64,000 nt of DNA, taken from NCBI GenBank assembly GCA_034439575.1, contig JAWXAQ010000016.1, forward strand, positions 256,001 through 320,000, read 5' to 3'. Positions 61,586 to 64,000 of the stretch are shown piece by piece. Numbering within the stretch: position 1 is the first letter of the stretch; each line of letters begins with the position of its first letter. The translations under genes and the position numbers were made by a program. The notes under the pieces were generated by a model. It worked only from the letters and a program-made list of their open reading frames with translations, did no database searches and was not told the DNA's origin. This DNA comes from Leptospira sp. GTDB taxonomy: Bacteria > Spirochaetota > Leptospiria > Leptospirales > Leptospiraceae.

Positions 61586-62083
61586 TCATGGTTTGATTCC
61601 TTTCATAATCGTGACGATTTCTTTTTTGGTTTTAAATTCGCTTTTATCAATATCTTGGAAAAGATAATAAAATTTAGATTTTTTGGTTCCTAAGTGAAAC
61701 TCAACGGTGTTATAGTTGACACCTAACAATCTTTCTTTGGGCAATTCTTCTATTCCGAATTTTTCTATGCCCAATTTGATAAGTTTCGAAGATATTTTTT
61801 CATAAGTTTTCTCTGAAATTCGCTTCTTAGTATGCACAATGGATTCGCCAGCCTTAGTTTCTTTTCGAAAAATAAATAATCCATGTTTGGTGGCTTCTAT
61901 ATAGGTATCGAGAGTATAACGGTATTCAGGTGCAACAGCTCCAGAACTTTCAGACAGAGATATGTGCAGGGTGCGCCAGTCTCCCGCTTCGTTTTTTAAG
62001 GGATTATTCTTGAGATTGGTTTTGTCAGAAGCATTTAATTCCATAATTGCAAAAAGGAAAAAAAAATAGATAAGGATACGCAC
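61586..62083 (-). CDS. Exported hypothetical protein
   Basis: Signal peptide; immediately upstream of the protease on the same strand. Confidence 0.65.
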   Translation of the reverse strand: MRILIYFFFLFAIMELNASDKTNLKNNPLKNEAGDWRTLHISLSESSGAVAPEYRYTLDTYIEATKHGLFIFRKETKAGESIVHTKKRISEKTYEKISSKLIKLGIEKFGIEELPKERLLGVNYNTVEFHLGTKKSKFYYLFQDIDKSEFKTKKEIVTIMKGIKP

Positions 62084-62145
62084 GGGAACACAATCCTATC
62101 TAGAATTATAGAATAAGCAATTATTTTTATATGGGATTTTTCCCT

Positions 62146-62394
62146 TTACGTAGGGGAATTGTCTGTTGGGTCTTTTCGGTAAGCCGCAACTCCATCCATA
62201 AATTTTTCAAGGATTCCGGATTGTTTGATGGTCCTTCCAACTCTTTGCCAAAATCGGATTTTCCCTTGGAACTGATTCCATTCCAATTCCAAGTCCAATC
62301 GTTTGATTTTTAAAAGCATACGTAGTTCATCAAGACTCATGTCTCTAGGGTCTTTACTGGAATAGAGATCGTGGTCTTTGAGTGGATTGAACAT
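62146..62394 (-). CDS. Small hypothetical protein (YqjK-like position)
   Basis: 82 aa, starting 1 nt after the previous stop; LKIKRLDLELEW helix. Confidence 0.55.
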   Translation of the reverse strand: MFNPLKDHDLYSSKDPRDMSLDELRMLLKIKRLDLELEWNQFQGKIRFWQRVGRTIKQSGILEKFMDGVAAYRKDPTDNSPT

Positions 62395-62395
62395 T

Positions 62396-62767
62396 TTATT
62401 TTTTGGACTTCAAAACAACTTCAATGAGAATGATGGCAAAAAATAAAAAGATCCCGGATGTCACAAAACTGGAAAGGATAGGGTCTCCATTCATTAAAAA
62501 CTTTTGAAGGCTTAAAAAAACGGCATAGGATAGATAAACGAAGGCGATGAAGATAAAAAAGAGAGCAGAGAAAATCCAAACGGATGAGAATATTAAATTT
62601 CTTAAGAAGAGATGGATATTTTTCTCAATGTAAATAGCCATGACCTCCCAATAAGCGACAAGCTTATCTAGAAGGTCATAGAAAGCCGCTTTGATCCCGC
62701 CTTTTTTGCGAGATTGATTGCTGCCGGTTGGATTTTGCGATTGGGAGTTTTTTTCTCTACTAGACAA
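62396..62767 (-). CDS. Two-TM membrane protein (YqjE/holin-X-like)
   Basis: Amphipathic N-terminus followed by two TM helices; follows the DUF883 gene. Confidence 0.6.
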   Translation of the reverse strand: MSSREKNSQSQNPTGSNQSRKKGGIKAAFYDLLDKLVAYWEVMAIYIEKNIHLFLRNLIFSSVWIFSALFFIFIAFVYLSYAVFLSLQKFLMNGDPILSSFVTSGIFLFFAIILIEVVLKSKK

Positions 62768-62770
62768 AAC

Positions 62771-63055
62771 TTATTTTCTTTTGAAAAACCAACCGAGTGC
62801 TAAGCCAACGCCAAGGCCCACACCGAAACCAATCACTGCCGCTTTTTGTGGGTTTTCTTTTACGTAATTTCCTACGTTATCAATTACTTCTTTGGCTCTA
62901 AGTGTAGCTTCTTCACTAGCTTTTCCGAATTTTTGTTTGATATCAGATACTTGTTCCATATATTTCTCCTTGGCGATTCGCTCAATTTCCTTTGCTTTCT
63001 TCTCGTATAACTTGATCTCGTCGATCAATGATTTGTGAGGTTTTGTTTCTTCCAT
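62771..63055 (-). CDS. DUF883 / YqjD-ElaB family tail-anchored protein
   Basis: YVKENPQKAAVIGFGVGLGVGLALG followed by a basic tail. Confidence 0.85.
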   Translation of the reverse strand: MEETKPHKSLIDEIKLYEKKAKEIERIAKEKYMEQVSDIKQKFGKASEEATLRAKEVIDNVGNYVKENPQKAAVIGFGVGLGVGLALGWFFKRK

Positions 63056-63058
63056 ACA

Positions 63059-63784
63059 CTAGTCAGGCACCACAATATTTTCATAATTATCGGTAAAACG
63101 ATACCCAATTCCCCAGATTGTTTCAATCCATTCTGGTTGGGCAGAATTTTTTTCTAGTTTGGAACGAATTCTTTTGATATGGCTATCGATCATTCGTTCA
63201 AAGCCGTCCCATTCCACACCCCAGACTGATTCTAAAATCATCTCGCGAGAAAAAACCTTTCCAGGTGAGCCTGCAAGCAATTGTAGAATATCGAATTCTT
63301 TCCTAGAGATATTTATAATGTTTTCATTTAAGGTCACTCGTCGGCGAATGGAATCAATTTTTAAGGCTCCTCTAAGGATTTCTCCGGCTTGGCCTACATT
63401 TGGTTTGATTCCAATTTTTTTATCCCAACGTCTGAAAAAAACATCGACTCTTGTTTTTAATTCTCTAACAGAAAATGGCTTTGTGATGTAATCATCAGCA
63501 CCTAACTCGAGACCCATGATGCGATCTATTTCTTCTGTTCTCGCAGATAAAATAAAAACAGGAGTGCTTTCATCTGCTTTGCGAATGCTTCGGCAAATTT
63601 CAATCCCATCAATATCGGGAAGGGAGAGATCCAAGATGATAAGATCTGGGTGATTTGATTTATAAAACTTCAAACCATCTTCTCCATTTTCAAAAACGGA
63701 AGTAGTGTAATGCGCTGAATCTAGGGATTTACGGATTAAGTTTCCAATGTCCGGATCATCCTCGATAACCAAAATATTTTTCAT
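63059..63784 (-). CDS. OmpR/PhoB-family response regulator
   Basis: Motifs [24 protein letters not shown] and [11 protein letters not shown]. Confidence 0.95.
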   Translation of the reverse strand: MKNILVIEDDPDIGNLIRKSLDSAHYTTSVFENGEDGLKFYKSNHPDLIILDLSLPDIDGIEICRSIRKADESTPVFILSARTEEIDRIMGLELGADDYITKPFSVRELKTRVDVFFRRWDKKIGIKPNVGQAGEILRGALKIDSIRRRVTLNENIINISRKEFDILQLLAGSPGKVFSREMILESVWGVEWDGFERMIDSHIKRIRSKLEKNSAQPEWIETIWGIGYRFTDNYENIVVPD

Positions 63785-63848
63785 GTTTTTCCCTTGAGTT
63801 CTATCTCAATTTGTTTCTTCTAGGAGAAAAAAAAAGTAAAAAATACAA

Positions 63849-64000
63849 ATGGAAACGCAAAGGGAACCAAAATCATGGGCAATGATCGCTATTTTCGGAC
63901 CAAAGGTCAAACCTGTGGAAATCACGTCCAAATTGGGTATGGATCCAGATTATTTCCATGACTCTGACATAAAAGACATAAATAATGTAAGCCTGGAGCC
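63849..64000 (+). CDS. 5' part of a DUF4279-like protein (runs off the window; not in the ORF track)
   Basis: Manual translation: METQREPKSWAMIAIFGPKVKPVEITSKLGMDPDYFH..., open to the window end. Confidence 0.55.
   Translation, partial: METQREPKSWAMIAIFGPKVKPVEITSKLGMDPDYFHDSDIKDINNVSLE

Overview
This is a low-GC, gene-dense bacterial window. Gene content and order point to the replication/partition region of the small chromosome (chromosome II) of a Leptospira, probably a saprophyte-like species; this is inferred from recognised families, not from a database search. Left to right it contains: a moxR-DUF58-batA-batB/C-batD-htpG operon (htpG has an in-frame TAA); a substrate-binding-domain/PAS histidine kinase; mqnD; a minus-strand parA-parB-rep-tail-fibre-like block; a Fis-type regulator; a perfect sigma-54 promoter; a roughly 890-nt non-coding region rich in helices and repeats; an MBOAT pair; asd; pyk; Omp85; pirin; a frameshifted SDR; a TonB-dependent receptor; a glycan synthesis/acylation cluster; queA; aconitase; a large NHL/LamG surface lipoprotein; pnuC; cutA; a C1 protease; and a response regulator with a yqjDEK-like trio. 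The strongest candidates for undescribed biology are three. (1) A repABC-like control circuit, with a small counter-transcript antisense to the rep leader, iteron-like repeats plus an AT-rich tract inside rep, and a non-canonical parS pair. (2) A possible large structured RNA or protein-binding array at 22607-23494. (3) A phage tail-fibre-like gene directly behind rep. I saw no rRNA, tRNA, CRISPR array or intact transposase.
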